Shown in pieces: positions 18,505 through 26,886 of a stretch of DNA of 64,000 nt. The translations under genes were made by a program, and so were the position numbers. The stretch's first letter is position 1. Each line of letters begins with the position of its first letter. The notes below the pieces were generated by a model. It was given only the letters and a program-made list of their open reading frames with translations. It was not told the origin of the DNA and searched no databases. Source of the stretch: Candidatus Zixiibacteriota bacterium (GTDB taxonomy: Bacteria > Zixibacteria > MSB-5A5 > GN15 > JAAZOE01); the NCBI GenBank assembly GCA_043819555.1, contig JBDREQ010000073.1:64001-128000 (forward strand), given 5' to 3'.

Positions 18505-20027
18505 TGAAGATGCCAAAACTGTTTAATAAAGTTCTTGTCGCTAATCGGGGCGAGATTGCCGTGCGCGTGCTTCGCGCCTGCAAAACGCTCGATATAAAAA
18601 CCGTCGCGGTTTATTCCACTGCCGATAAATACGCCGTTCATACATTGATGGCCGACGAAGCTTACGAAATCGGCCCTCCTCCGCCTTTGGAATCGTATCT
18701 TAATATCGATAAAATTATCGAAGCCGCCAAATTATCCGGAGCCGACGCCATTCATCCCGGGTATGGTTTCCTCGCTGAAAATTCCAATTTTGCCCAAGCT
18801 TGCATTGATAATAAAATTGCATTTATTGGCCCTCCGCCGGATGCTATTTTACTTATGGGCAACAAAGTCGAATCACGAAAGAAAATGGCCGGGGCGGGAA
18901 TACCTTTGATCCCCGGCATGAAAGGCGCCGGTAAAAGTCTCGATGAATTCAATAAAGTCGCCGATGAAGCTGGGTATCCGGTCTTAATCAAAGCCGCTGC
19001 CGGCGGTGGAGGAAAGGGGATGCGGATTGTCAAAGATCCATCTGAACTTGAAACTGCCGTCGAGGGCGCCAAGCGCGAAGCCAAATCTGCATTCGGAGAT
19101 GATACCGTTTATCTCGAAAAATATATTGTTGATCCGCGCCACATCGAGTTTCAGGTTTTTGCTGATTCGTATGGCAATGCTGTTCATGTATTCGAGCGGG
19201 AATGCTCGATTCAGCGGCGGCACCAAAAGATTGTCGAAGAAACCCCGTCGGTTGCCGTCACGCCTGAGCTTCGCAAGAAGATGGGGGAGGCCGCTGTCGC
19301 CGTCACCAAAGCCTGCGGTTATGTCAATGCCGGGACAGTTGAATTCTTGCTCGATAAAAGCGGCAAGTTTTATTTTCTTGAAATGAACACCCGCATTCAG
19401 GTCGAGCATCCAGTCACCGAAGAAGTCGCCGGAGTCGATCTGGTCGCCGAACAGATTAAAGTTGCGTCGGGATTTCCGCTTTCGGATAAATTCAATAATC
19501 TGACGCAGCGGGGCCATTCTATCGAATGCCGTATCTATGCCGAAGATGCCGGGAATAATTTCATGCCCTCGATTGGAAAAATACTTTTGTATCGCGAACC
19601 GACCGGGCCGGGGGTGCGGGTTGATTCGGGCGTCCGGCAGGACAGCGAAATCGGAATCGACTACGACCCGATTATGGCCAAGCTGATTGTCTGGGGCGAA
19701 GACCGCGATATGGCTATTGCCCGAATGGTAAAGGCCCTGAAAGAATACAAGATATTAGGCATAAAGCATTCCATTAGATATCTTGCGGATATTGTTGCGC
19801 ACGCGATATATAAGTCCAGTGAGACTTATACCGATTTTATTGATAAGAACTTCGCCGACTGGTCAGACGACGGCGATAATTGTATCGAAATGGCTCTTGC
19901 AGCTGCGGCTGTGATTAACGCCAACGGCGGGCAAAAAGCTGGTTTTGGGAATAATCAGCAAAGAGCCAAAGCATACAACCCCTGGCTTACAATGGGACCC
20001 TGGCGTTTGGGAGAGAAGATAAAGTGA
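18504..20027 (+). CDS. Biotin carboxylase subunit (MCC alpha, without a fused biotinyl domain)
   Basis: ANRGEIA, HPGYGFLAEN, GGGGKGMR, ERECSIQRRHQK, EMNTRIQVEH, RVDSG, YDPIMAK. Confidence 0.93.
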   Translation: MKMPKLFNKVLVANRGEIAVRVLRACKTLDIKTVAVYSTADKYAVHTLMADEAYEIGPPPPLESYLNIDKIIEAAKLSGADAIHPGYGFLAENSNFAQACIDNKIAFIGPPPDAILLMGNKVESRKKMAGAGIPLIPGMKGAGKSLDEFNKVADEAGYPVLIKAAAGGGGKGMRIVKDPSELETAVEGAKREAKSAFGDDTVYLEKYIVDPRHIEFQVFADSYGNAVHVFERECSIQRRHQKIVEETPSVAVTPELRKKMGEAAVAVTKACGYVNAGTVEFLLDKSGKFYFLEMNTRIQVEHPVTEEVAGVDLVAEQIKVASGFPLSDKFNNLTQRGHSIECRIYAEDAGNNFMPSIGKILLYREPTGPGVRVDSGVRQDSEIGIDYDPIMAKLIVWGEDRDMAIARMVKALKEYKILGIKHSIRYLADIVAHAIYKSSETYTDFIDKNFADWSDDGDNCIEMALAAAAVINANGGQKAGFGNNQQRAKAYNPWLTMGPWRLGEKIK

Positions 20028-20644
20028 GGCGGGCACCAAATCTATTAATTCTGTTGGCGATATCTATTCTTTATACGCCTGTATTTGGTTCAGATTCGCT
20101 GTTTAATTCCTTTAGAGAAAAACTATTGCCGGGATTCAACGAAGTACATTTAACAGATAAATCGAATGGAAAAATCGATTTCGTTAAGTCCCACCAAAAA
20201 AGCAAAGAGGGAATTTATATTGAAGATTATGGTGGTAAACTATATATACATATCTTGATACAGAAATATACTTGCGCGGATTCTATAGTCTGTGATTCAG
20301 TTGCAAAGTCGTTAATGAATTTATTTTTCTATCCCTTAGAATTAGATTATTTAAGGGAGAATGGCGGGCTACATATGAATAAATATGGTCCATTTATTGT
20401 GATAAAGGATGGTCTTGAAGTTTATGCCATTGATGCCAGGTGTGAAGATTGGTATGAAAGGGATTGGAATCGCTTTACTTACTATTTATTAAAAGATGCA
20501 CCGATTAAAGATAATCAAGAAGTGTTTATTGGCTATTGCGGGGATCGAATAGATATTTTGACGGAAGACTACTTCAAAGATTTTAGGAATGAAAAAATTA
20601 TAGATTTGGAAAGCGCGATTGAATTAAAGAAGAGTCATAATTGA
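20024..20644 (+). CDS. Hypothetical exported protein
   Basis: 206-aa ORF with an N-terminal signal-like segment; AT-rich; no family recognised. Confidence 0.55.
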   Translation: MRRAPNLLILLAISILYTPVFGSDSLFNSFREKLLPGFNEVHLTDKSNGKIDFVKSHQKSKEGIYIEDYGGKLYIHILIQKYTCADSIVCDSVAKSLMNLFFYPLELDYLRENGGLHMNKYGPFIVIKDGLEVYAIDARCEDWYERDWNRFTYYLLKDAPIKDNQEVFIGYCGDRIDILTEDYFKDFRNEKIIDLESAIELKKSHN

Positions 20645-20733
20645 GTCATTCCCGAGAGTGATTCCGCTTGAGCGGGAGAATGAGTCGGGAATCCAGAAAT
20701 TTAATAGACTGGACTTCCCTTCGCGGGAGTGAC
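20645..20733. repeat. GTCATTCCCG..CGGGAGTGAC palindromic element
   Basis: Terminal inverted repeat with inner GGGAATCCAG / CTGGACTTCCC arms. Confidence 0.65.
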
Positions 20734-20903
20734 AGTGTTAGTAGAGTGGGAGTGGCAATAGGCTGGATAGATAGTTGGCATTAAGATTAGAAATAGTAAG
20801 TCTTAAACTGCTGTAGTTTCGAAAAATCAAAGGGAAGGAGCCTATCAGACTATTGCCAAAATTAGTTACAATAAAACGATAGTCAAAAACAGGCCTTCGC
20901 CTG

Positions 20904-20954
20904 TTCCCCTCTTGAGAGTGGTGGCTCCCGCGAAGCGGGAGACGGGGTGTGTTA
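20904..20954 (+). repeat. CCCCTC-type palindromic element, copy 2
   Basis: TTCCCCTCTTGAGA..CTCCCGCGAAGCGGGAG..CGGGGTGTGTTA; same ends as 5473-5514. Confidence 0.65.
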
Positions 20955-20970
20955 AGAAAATTTAATTTGG

Positions 20971-20992
20971 GTAGCCCACAGCTTGCTGTGGG
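20971..20992 (+). repeat. GTAG REP-like hairpin
   Basis: GTAG-CCCACAGC-TT-GCTGTGGG. Confidence 0.55.
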
Positions 20993-21009
20993 AAAAGTGG
21001 AGTGCAAAA

Positions 21010-21501
21010 GTGATTTACGAATTCATACATAACGGCGAAACCAAAACAGTCGAACTTAAAGACGGCAACAAAGCTGTTTTCGCCGATTCACAAAATATAA
21101 TCGATATTAATTATACTCCAGACGGACGGATATTCGTAAACAACGCCGGGGCGTCAAAAGAAATCTTTGCCGTCACATCCGGCGATAAAACCTTTGTCGA
21201 TATCGACGGGACGCTTTTCGAATTTGCGATACCATCCGAAGAAAACGGAATCGGGGGCGCCGGGGGAGGGCTTTCAGATCCTACCAAAGTATTCGCTCCA
21301 ATGCCTGGCAAAGTCGTCAAAGTGTTAGTCGAAGTCGGCGATGAGGTCAACGAAAAAGACCAGCTCATCATCGTCGAGGCTATGAAGATGGAGCATATCT
21401 GCATCGCCCGAGCCAAAGCCAAAGTTTTCGCCATTAATTATTCCACCGGCGACCAGGTTGACACCGAAACGCCATTGATTGAATTGGAATTGGTGGAGTA
21501 A
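21010..21501 (+). CDS. Biotin carboxyl carrier subunit of the acyl-CoA carboxylase
   Basis: APMPGKV and EAMKME biotinylation motif; GTG start after GGAG. Confidence 0.88.
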   Translation: MIYEFIHNGETKTVELKDGNKAVFADSQNIIDINYTPDGRIFVNNAGASKEIFAVTSGDKTFVDIDGTLFEFAIPSEENGIGGAGGGLSDPTKVFAPMPGKVVKVLVEVGDEVNEKDQLIIVEAMKMEHICIARAKAKVFAINYSTGDQVDTETPLIELELVE

Positions 21502-21508
21502 TATCTTT

Positions 21509-21585
21509 GTAGGGAAGGAGCCCAAAGGGCTCCTGCCAATTGGTGCGATGATTATTGTAGGGAAGGAGCCTGAAGGGCTCCTGCC
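21509..21585 (+). repeat. Two tandem REP sequences upstream of RAYT
   Basis: GTAGGGAAGGAGCCCAAAGGGCTCCTGCC (21509-21537) and GTAGGGAAGGAGCCTGAAGGGCTCCTGCC (21557-21585). Confidence 0.9.
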
Positions 21586-21591
21586 ATTTTA

Positions 21592-22089
21592 ATGTCAAAA
21601 CTCAAACGATACTCATCATTATCAAAAATATATTTCATAACAAACGTCACTTACAATCGAGCACCGATATTAATAGATTCATTTTCGATATTATGGGAGG
21701 CGTTCACCCGCACAAATCAAAAATATGATTTTGATTTGATAGCATGGAGCATCTTACCGGATCATTTTCATGTTTTAATAGATTCAAAAGAGGCGAATAT
21801 TTCAAAAATCATGCAATCAATTAAAATGAGTTTCGGCGAAATGTACCGACGCCGGATGAGTTTATCATCGGGCCAAGTGTGGCAGAGACGATTTTGGGAT
21901 CACATAATTAGAAATCAGGAAGATTTTAATAGACATTTGGATTATATCCATTATAATCCTGTTAAACATGGTTATATTGATGCGCCGTTAACGTGGGAAT
22001 ATTCCTCGATTCAGAAATATAAATCATATTATCCGCCGGATTGGGGAGTGTTCGAAGATTTACAGTTCGAAGATAATTTTGGAGAATAA
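21592..22089 (+). mobile_element. rayT: REP-associated tyrosine transposase (RAYT; HUH Y1 transposase, IS200/IS605 superfamily)
   Basis: YFITNVTYNR, HUH motif LPDHFH, WQRRFWDHIIR, YIHYNPVKHG, W.YSS; flanked by inverted GTAG REPs. Confidence 0.92.
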
Positions 22090-22101
22090 ATTTGGGGAGA
22101 T

Positions 22102-22130
22102 GGCAGGAGCCCTTTGGGCTCCTTCCCTAC
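22102..22130 (-). repeat. REP sequence downstream of RAYT, inverted
   Basis: GGCAGGAGCCCTTTGGGCTCCTTCCCTAC, the exact reverse complement of 21509-21537. Confidence 0.9.
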
Positions 22131-22152
22131 AAGAAAATAAATGAGGTACAAA

Positions 22153-22599
22153 ATGAACATAGCAAAAGAGGATATTAAGAGGCTATTTGTCAAGGAAGTC
22201 CCGTTTTGGTGGGTGATTTTATCATCAGTGATTGTGCTTTTATTGGGAACAGGTGCTATTTGGAAATATAAGGAAATGGAAATATCAAAACAAAACATTA
22301 AATTATCAAAAGCCGAAAACGCTATAAAACTACATAAAGAAATCGTTGAAATTTATAATGAGTTAATATTAATGATAAATGAAAACAATAAATTGGAAAA
22401 ACTATATTCGGCAAATAAAGGAACTCAACACGAAGAGAATTATCGCCAGCAATCAGCCAAATTAGATGCTCTTAGAGATGCATTTTATGCAATAGAAAAT
22501 TACCTGGCGCAAATTGAAGAACGAGAGCCAAGAAATTTCAACCTCAGCGATGATTGGATTTATCCAGCAAAAATTACGAACTTGGAGGTAATTAATTAA
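22153..22599 (+). CDS. Hypothetical membrane protein (one TM plus coiled coil)
   Basis: RBS GAGG; TM FWWVILSSVIVLLLGTGAIW followed by a helical charged region; AT-rich. Confidence 0.6.
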   Translation: MNIAKEDIKRLFVKEVPFWWVILSSVIVLLLGTGAIWKYKEMEISKQNIKLSKAENAIKLHKEIVEIYNELILMINENNKLEKLYSANKGTQHEENYRQQSAKLDALRDAFYAIENYLAQIEEREPRNFNLSDDWIYPAKITNLEVIN

Positions 22600-22608
22600 A
22601 ATTATTTT

Positions 22609-22637
22609 GTAGGGAAGGAGCCTGAAAGGCTCCTTCC
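22609..22637 (+). repeat. REP sequence of the RAYT-associated family
   Basis: GTAGGGAAGGAGCCTGAAAGGCTCCTTCC. Confidence 0.85.
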
Positions 22638-22663
22638 AAAAAATTAATCGTAAGAATTAATCC

Positions 22664-23119
22664 CTACTCTTTCGGCCCGTCGGTGCCGGTGTCGAAAACG
22701 TATTTCCAGCTTCCATCATCCTGTCGTTTCCAGATAGTCACGTAGTATCCGGTGGCCTTATTTTCTGTTGCGGTTGTATCGGTTACACAATAAGTCCAGC
22801 TCCCAATCGTATAACCCAAGTCACCCGACGCGGCAATATCGGCGAAAATTGCTTCCCAGGTCAAACTGGCGTTGTCCGGAAGAGATTCATAAAGTTTCAT
22901 AATCGCTTCGCGTCCTTTTAACGGATGACTGCCGTCGCTCAAAACTGTCGCACTGTCGGCCATATAATGATTGAAAGCAAAGGCGATTCCACTGTCGGCC
23001 GACATCTGGGAAAATTCTCTGTCAACAATTATTAGCTGTTCTTTGTCCGCCATTTTCTTATCACCGGCGAAACCGACAGTTGCGATCAAAACCAAAATTA
23101 AGACAGACAAGTATTTCAT
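22664..23119 (-). CDS. Exported NTF2-like protein (DUF4440/YybH family)
   Basis: Signal peptide MKYLSVLILV; ASGDLGYTIG and GYYVTIWKRQ.DGSWK..FD.G motifs. Confidence 0.8.
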   Translation of the reverse strand: MKYLSVLILVLIATVGFAGDKKMADKEQLIIVDREFSQMSADSGIAFAFNHYMADSATVLSDGSHPLKGREAIMKLYESLPDNASLTWEAIFADIAASGDLGYTIGSWTYCVTDTTATENKATGYYVTIWKRQDDGSWKYVFDTGTDGPKE

Positions 23120-23321
23120 ATGTTGCCCCTTTAAAATAAATTTGAATTTTGCCTTATGGCATATTTGTATTATGTATAAAATACGATGAAATTTCATGAG
23201 AAATCAAGATTTATTCAGGATTGAGCAAAAACAGTAAATGCAATTATCCATCAAATCCGATGCAATTTCTGAAATCATCCGCATTTATAGAATGAATTTT
23301 ATTTTCAGACAAAATTCAACC

Positions 23322-23371
23322 GTAGGGGCTCGTCGCGACGAGCCCGCGGGTTGCTCGCGAGCGACCCCTAC
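23322..23371. repeat. Compact REP doublet (REPIN-like), GTAGGGG..CCCCTAC
   Basis: GTAG-GGGCTCGTCGCGACGAGCCC-GC-GGGTTGCTCGCGAGCGACCC-CTAC. Confidence 0.75.
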
Positions 23372-23527
23372 AGAGGAATTCTATGACTATTTTCGTAATC
23401 ACCACCGATTTGATATGACCAAAAAGTATCTATTTATAAAACGAACCCATTTTGCCTTCGATTTTATTGAATAAAATGACCCCGGAAACTATATATTATG
23501 CAAATATCCTCAGTAAAGGAGGGCCCA

Positions 23528-23782
23528 ATGATATACGAAGGAATTTATACGCTCCAGATAAATCAGCGCATAAAAATGAAAACCGGATGGTTTCGCCGAG
23601 ACGATTTGATTTTTGCCGGGATGCCAAACGAGCATACCTATTCTTTGGTGATAACCTGGTCGAGCTCTCACAATTCGATGGCCTATAACCTGTTTGTGCC
23701 AATCACCCAGAAAGAAATCGTAAACGATTACGCCACAATTTATGTCAGAAGAGGTCACCAAATTCGATTGAATTGGAGTTGA
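23528..23782 (+). CDS. Small hypothetical protein
   Basis: Strong RBS AAGGAGG before ATG 23528; 84 aa; no family recognised. Confidence 0.45.
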   Translation: MIYEGIYTLQINQRIKMKTGWFRRDDLIFAGMPNEHTYSLVITWSSSHNSMAYNLFVPITQKEIVNDYATIYVRRGHQIRLNWS

Positions 23783-23887
23783 AAAGGACATAGATATGAA
23801 ATTGAGTGATGGTTAAAAAAGCTCTCCCAAATTTGCCGGGAACCAAACTTTCCATCGTTTGTAAAATAATTATTCGAAGGAGGAGGT

Positions 23888-24343
23888 TTGCGGCGGTTTT
23901 CTGCGACATTTGCTTTAATATTCTTCATGTTTTTTATATTCGTCGACGATGCGGTCACATGTGTTTTAATGCCAATACCGGACGAGTGTCTTGAGGTTTT
24001 TGAGGGTTGTGATAATATATTTGTTCTGGATGCCGAGCCGACTTGCGTTATTGTCGTTTCCGGATGCGGAGGTTGTTCTCCACCGACTGCGTTAGTTCCC
24101 GATCTTGATCCGGACTATCCTCACGAAATCCTGGAGAATAGCAAATGTAAAGGTTGCAGTTTCATACCGCTGGAAACTCGCCCCGTCATCGTTGAATTTC
24201 GAATCTTTCAATACCAGCATGAGAATTCAATTGCCCTGCCGGATGAAATATGCCAGGCAGATATTTCCGGCAAATTCAATGACTATAAATCAACTTTTCA
24301 GGGGATTCATCTCTCGATTCCAAGCACAGTTCTCAGGTGCTGA
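23888..24343 (+). CDS. Cys-rich hypothetical protein with hydrophobic N-terminus
   Basis: RBS AAGGAGGAGG plus TTG; 10 Cys including CGGC and CKGC; ends PSTVLRC. Confidence 0.6.
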   Translation: MRRFSATFALIFFMFFIFVDDAVTCVLMPIPDECLEVFEGCDNIFVLDAEPTCVIVVSGCGGCSPPTALVPDLDPDYPHEILENSKCKGCSFIPLETRPVIVEFRIFQYQHENSIALPDEICQADISGKFNDYKSTFQGIHLSIPSTVLRC

Positions 24344-24422
24344 TTTTCAGCAATAGCCATGAACTCGCGTGGCCCAAAATTTCTAACCTTGAAAGAACAT
24401 TTTGAATTGAGGATTAAATACT

Positions 24423-24668
24423 ATGAATAAGCATCCAATCTTTGCCGTTTTGGCAATAGCGATTGCGCTAATATTTGCAGGTTCGGTACTAGCCGGTTTT
24501 TCACCGCTTTCACAAAACTCAACGGTGGAATATGGTGAAAGCTCGAATCCGGAATGCTGCCCTGAAGGCGCAATATGTATTCCCATTGAGGAGTGCACTC
24601 CCGAGATGATGGAGAATTGTATCATAATACAATGTTCTCCAGGTGGTCCGGGTTGCTGCGGCAAATAA
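24423..24668 (+). CDS. Small secreted Cys-rich peptide
   Basis: RBS GAGG; signal peptide ending VLA; mature part has 8 Cys (CC..C..C..C..C..CC); followed by a terminator. Confidence 0.65.
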   Translation: MNKHPIFAVLAIAIALIFAGSVLAGFSPLSQNSTVEYGESSNPECCPEGAICIPIEECTPEMMENCIIIQCSPGGPGCCGK

Positions 24669-24699
24669 TTATCGCTGATTACTTAGTATGTAGAAGATA

Positions 24700-24728
24700 C
24701 AGGGGCTTTTTAAGCCCCTGTTTTTTTT
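24700..24728 (+). terminator. Rho-independent terminator
   Basis: CAGGGGCTT-TTT-AAGCCCCTG followed by T8. Confidence 0.8.
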
Positions 24729-24817
24729 CATTGCATCCCCCGGATGAACAATACTAATTTGTCGCATTAGAGTAATTTATTAATGTACTATTGAGGATGT
24801 TAATCCGGGGAAATGAA

Positions 24818-26737
24818 ATGATGTACTGTCGTGCGACATATATTTTACTATTTTGTACTTTAATATTTCTATGCGTCGTGCCTGACATTGTTTTTTCTCA
24901 GGAATGGGGCAAGATCAGCGAGGAAGAGTGGGATTTAAAACCACCATCCGATTTTCCCAATGCAGAGGCAATAATAGTTTTTGATAATGGTGTTTTAACC
25001 ACATCAGTTCTCGAAGCTGAAGTAAAGCTCGAACGCCACACGCGCATAAAAATATTTAATTGTAGTCGTGCTGAAGATATCATAAAGATAGAAATTCCAT
25101 ATTTACCGGATGACAAAATCAGATCCCCCAAAGCCTATACAAACCTGCCGAATGGTAAGAAAATAAAAGTTAAAAGCTTTCAGAAAATAATTGACGCCGA
25201 TGGAGAAAAAATGGTGTTTTCATTCCCCGACGTAACCGATGGCTCAATTATTGAATATTCTTATACCTATACGCATAAACGGGTTGGATATTTCAAACCC
25301 TGGTACTTTCAAAACAGCATATTTACTCTTCAATCAAAACTAATTTTTACCTTCGGCCCGAATGCAAGATATTCATGGGTTTATTACAATGAGCCCGATT
25401 ATTTTGAAAAATCAGGACCACAGGATATTACTTTGTCAAATGGTTACCCGGCCAAACAATATTGTTACATTGCCACAAATGTCCCCCCGGCAAATCCGGA
25501 ACCTTTAATGCCCGGATATAATTACTATCGCTCTCATATAGTGTTTCAAATGACGGAATACTTTGCCGCCGGAAGCCAAATTGATTATATCAAAAGTTGG
25601 CGGGACATTGGTTCGCTTGTAGAAAACTGGCTTGATCAAAAAACCAGCCATTGTCTGGATGAATGGCGTCGGATTGGAGATTCGATTTGCGACGGCCTGA
25701 TTGATAATCAGATTAAAACAATAAATTTGTTTGACAATGTAAATGGATCGATTGCCAAATTAGACGGCCAGGAGTGGACAGGCGATTTATGCGATTTAAT
25801 TAATAATCGAACCGCTGGTCCATCTGAAAAGAATGTATTTCTGATCAATTTATTAAAGAGCCAGGGGATTGAATCATATCCTATATACATCGGTACAAGA
25901 GATTACATTTATCAATTTTATCGAAATTTTCAGGATTTGAATCAATTGAATAGAATTGTTTGTTACATCGGCAAGCCCGGAAAAGGATTTATTCTTGATG
26001 CGGGTGAGAATGTTCTATTTCCATTGGTCCCATCATATGATTTAGTCGCGAGCGGCCTTTTAATTAATGATAGAGAATCATGCATTATTGATCTTGACCT
26101 TCCTGAGATTTTCAGTGAGCGACGCTATGTGAATTATATATCTTTGAGCGGAGACGGTGCCGCAGACTGCTCAACACACGTATTAATTTCCGGCTGCCAG
26201 ACCGAGAATTTTATGCATCTCCTCAATGAAAATGTCTCTAATGAAGAATTGGGCCGGCAACTTTTGGCCGGGTCGATGTTTTTGATTGATATCTCCGACG
26301 CCAGCAGATCTGAAACAGTTGATGGATCGGATCTTCATTTTAAAGCCTTTTACAATATCCCGCAATTTTCTAATCTAATTGAAGATGAGATGATATTTCT
26401 TCCCAATATTATTCAATTGCAAAGAAACCTATTCAAAAATAAAAAACGCTATTATCCGATAGATTTTAGATATAAATATGGAACGAGCCATAAAACAATC
26501 ATTACGATACCAGAAGAATATCAAGTAGCTTCTATTCCAAAAGACATAAGTGAACAATCGTGGGCGGCTGCATTTGAGAGAAAAGTCAAATTTGAAAATG
26601 GCTCAATCGTAATCGACGCGGAATTATTGATAAATCATGAAAATATTTCAGCAAACAACTATAAACATATTAAAGGAGTATTTGATGCGATGACCGAAGC
26701 GGGATTCGATGAAGTAATTCTAAGAAAGAAAAAATAG
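24818..26737 (+). CDS. DUF3857 / transglutaminase-like exported protein
   Basis: Signal peptide; RIKI, GSIIEYSY, WYFQ, EPLMP N-terminal pattern; R.YPIDF and IPEEY.V.S.P C-terminal pattern; start uncertain (24791/24797/24818). Confidence 0.7.
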   Translation: MMYCRATYILLFCTLIFLCVVPDIVFSQEWGKISEEEWDLKPPSDFPNAEAIIVFDNGVLTTSVLEAEVKLERHTRIKIFNCSRAEDIIKIEIPYLPDDKIRSPKAYTNLPNGKKIKVKSFQKIIDADGEKMVFSFPDVTDGSIIEYSYTYTHKRVGYFKPWYFQNSIFTLQSKLIFTFGPNARYSWVYYNEPDYFEKSGPQDITLSNGYPAKQYCYIATNVPPANPEPLMPGYNYYRSHIVFQMTEYFAAGSQIDYIKSWRDIGSLVENWLDQKTSHCLDEWRRIGDSICDGLIDNQIKTINLFDNVNGSIAKLDGQEWTGDLCDLINNRTAGPSEKNVFLINLLKSQGIESYPIYIGTRDYIYQFYRNFQDLNQLNRIVCYIGKPGKGFILDAGENVLFPLVPSYDLVASGLLINDRESCIIDLDLPEIFSERRYVNYISLSGDGAADCSTHVLISGCQTENFMHLLNENVSNEELGRQLLAGSMFLIDISDASRSETVDGSDLHFKAFYNIPQFSNLIEDEMIFLPNIIQLQRNLFKNKKRYYPIDFRYKYGTSHKTIITIPEEYQVASIPKDISEQSWAAAFERKVKFENGSIVIDAELLINHENISANNYKHIKGVFDAMTEAGFDEVILRKKK

Positions 26738-26886
26738 GGTAAAATATTTTATAATTATGGAGCACAAAAGCGTCAGACAATAAATATTACATGTTAAAAA
26801 CCTCGCAATAGTATTCACTTGCAATTGATAATTTCTGTTCGTATAATTATCTTCTTGTGAGTTTAATTTTTATGGGAGGATAAATT

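Noticed and set aside
21509..22637. Repeated 29-bp palindromes as a CRISPR array
   Set aside because: Irregular spacing, mixed orientation, genes between copies and no cas genes; they fit GTAG REPs around a RAYT
24423..24668. RiPP precursor (ranthipeptide/lanthipeptide)
   Set aside because: It has a Sec-type signal peptide and there is no radical SAM, LanM/LanBC, YcaO or transporter gene nearby
20024..24728. Integron cassette array or prophage
   Set aside because: No tyrosine integrase, no consistent attC pattern and no phage genes
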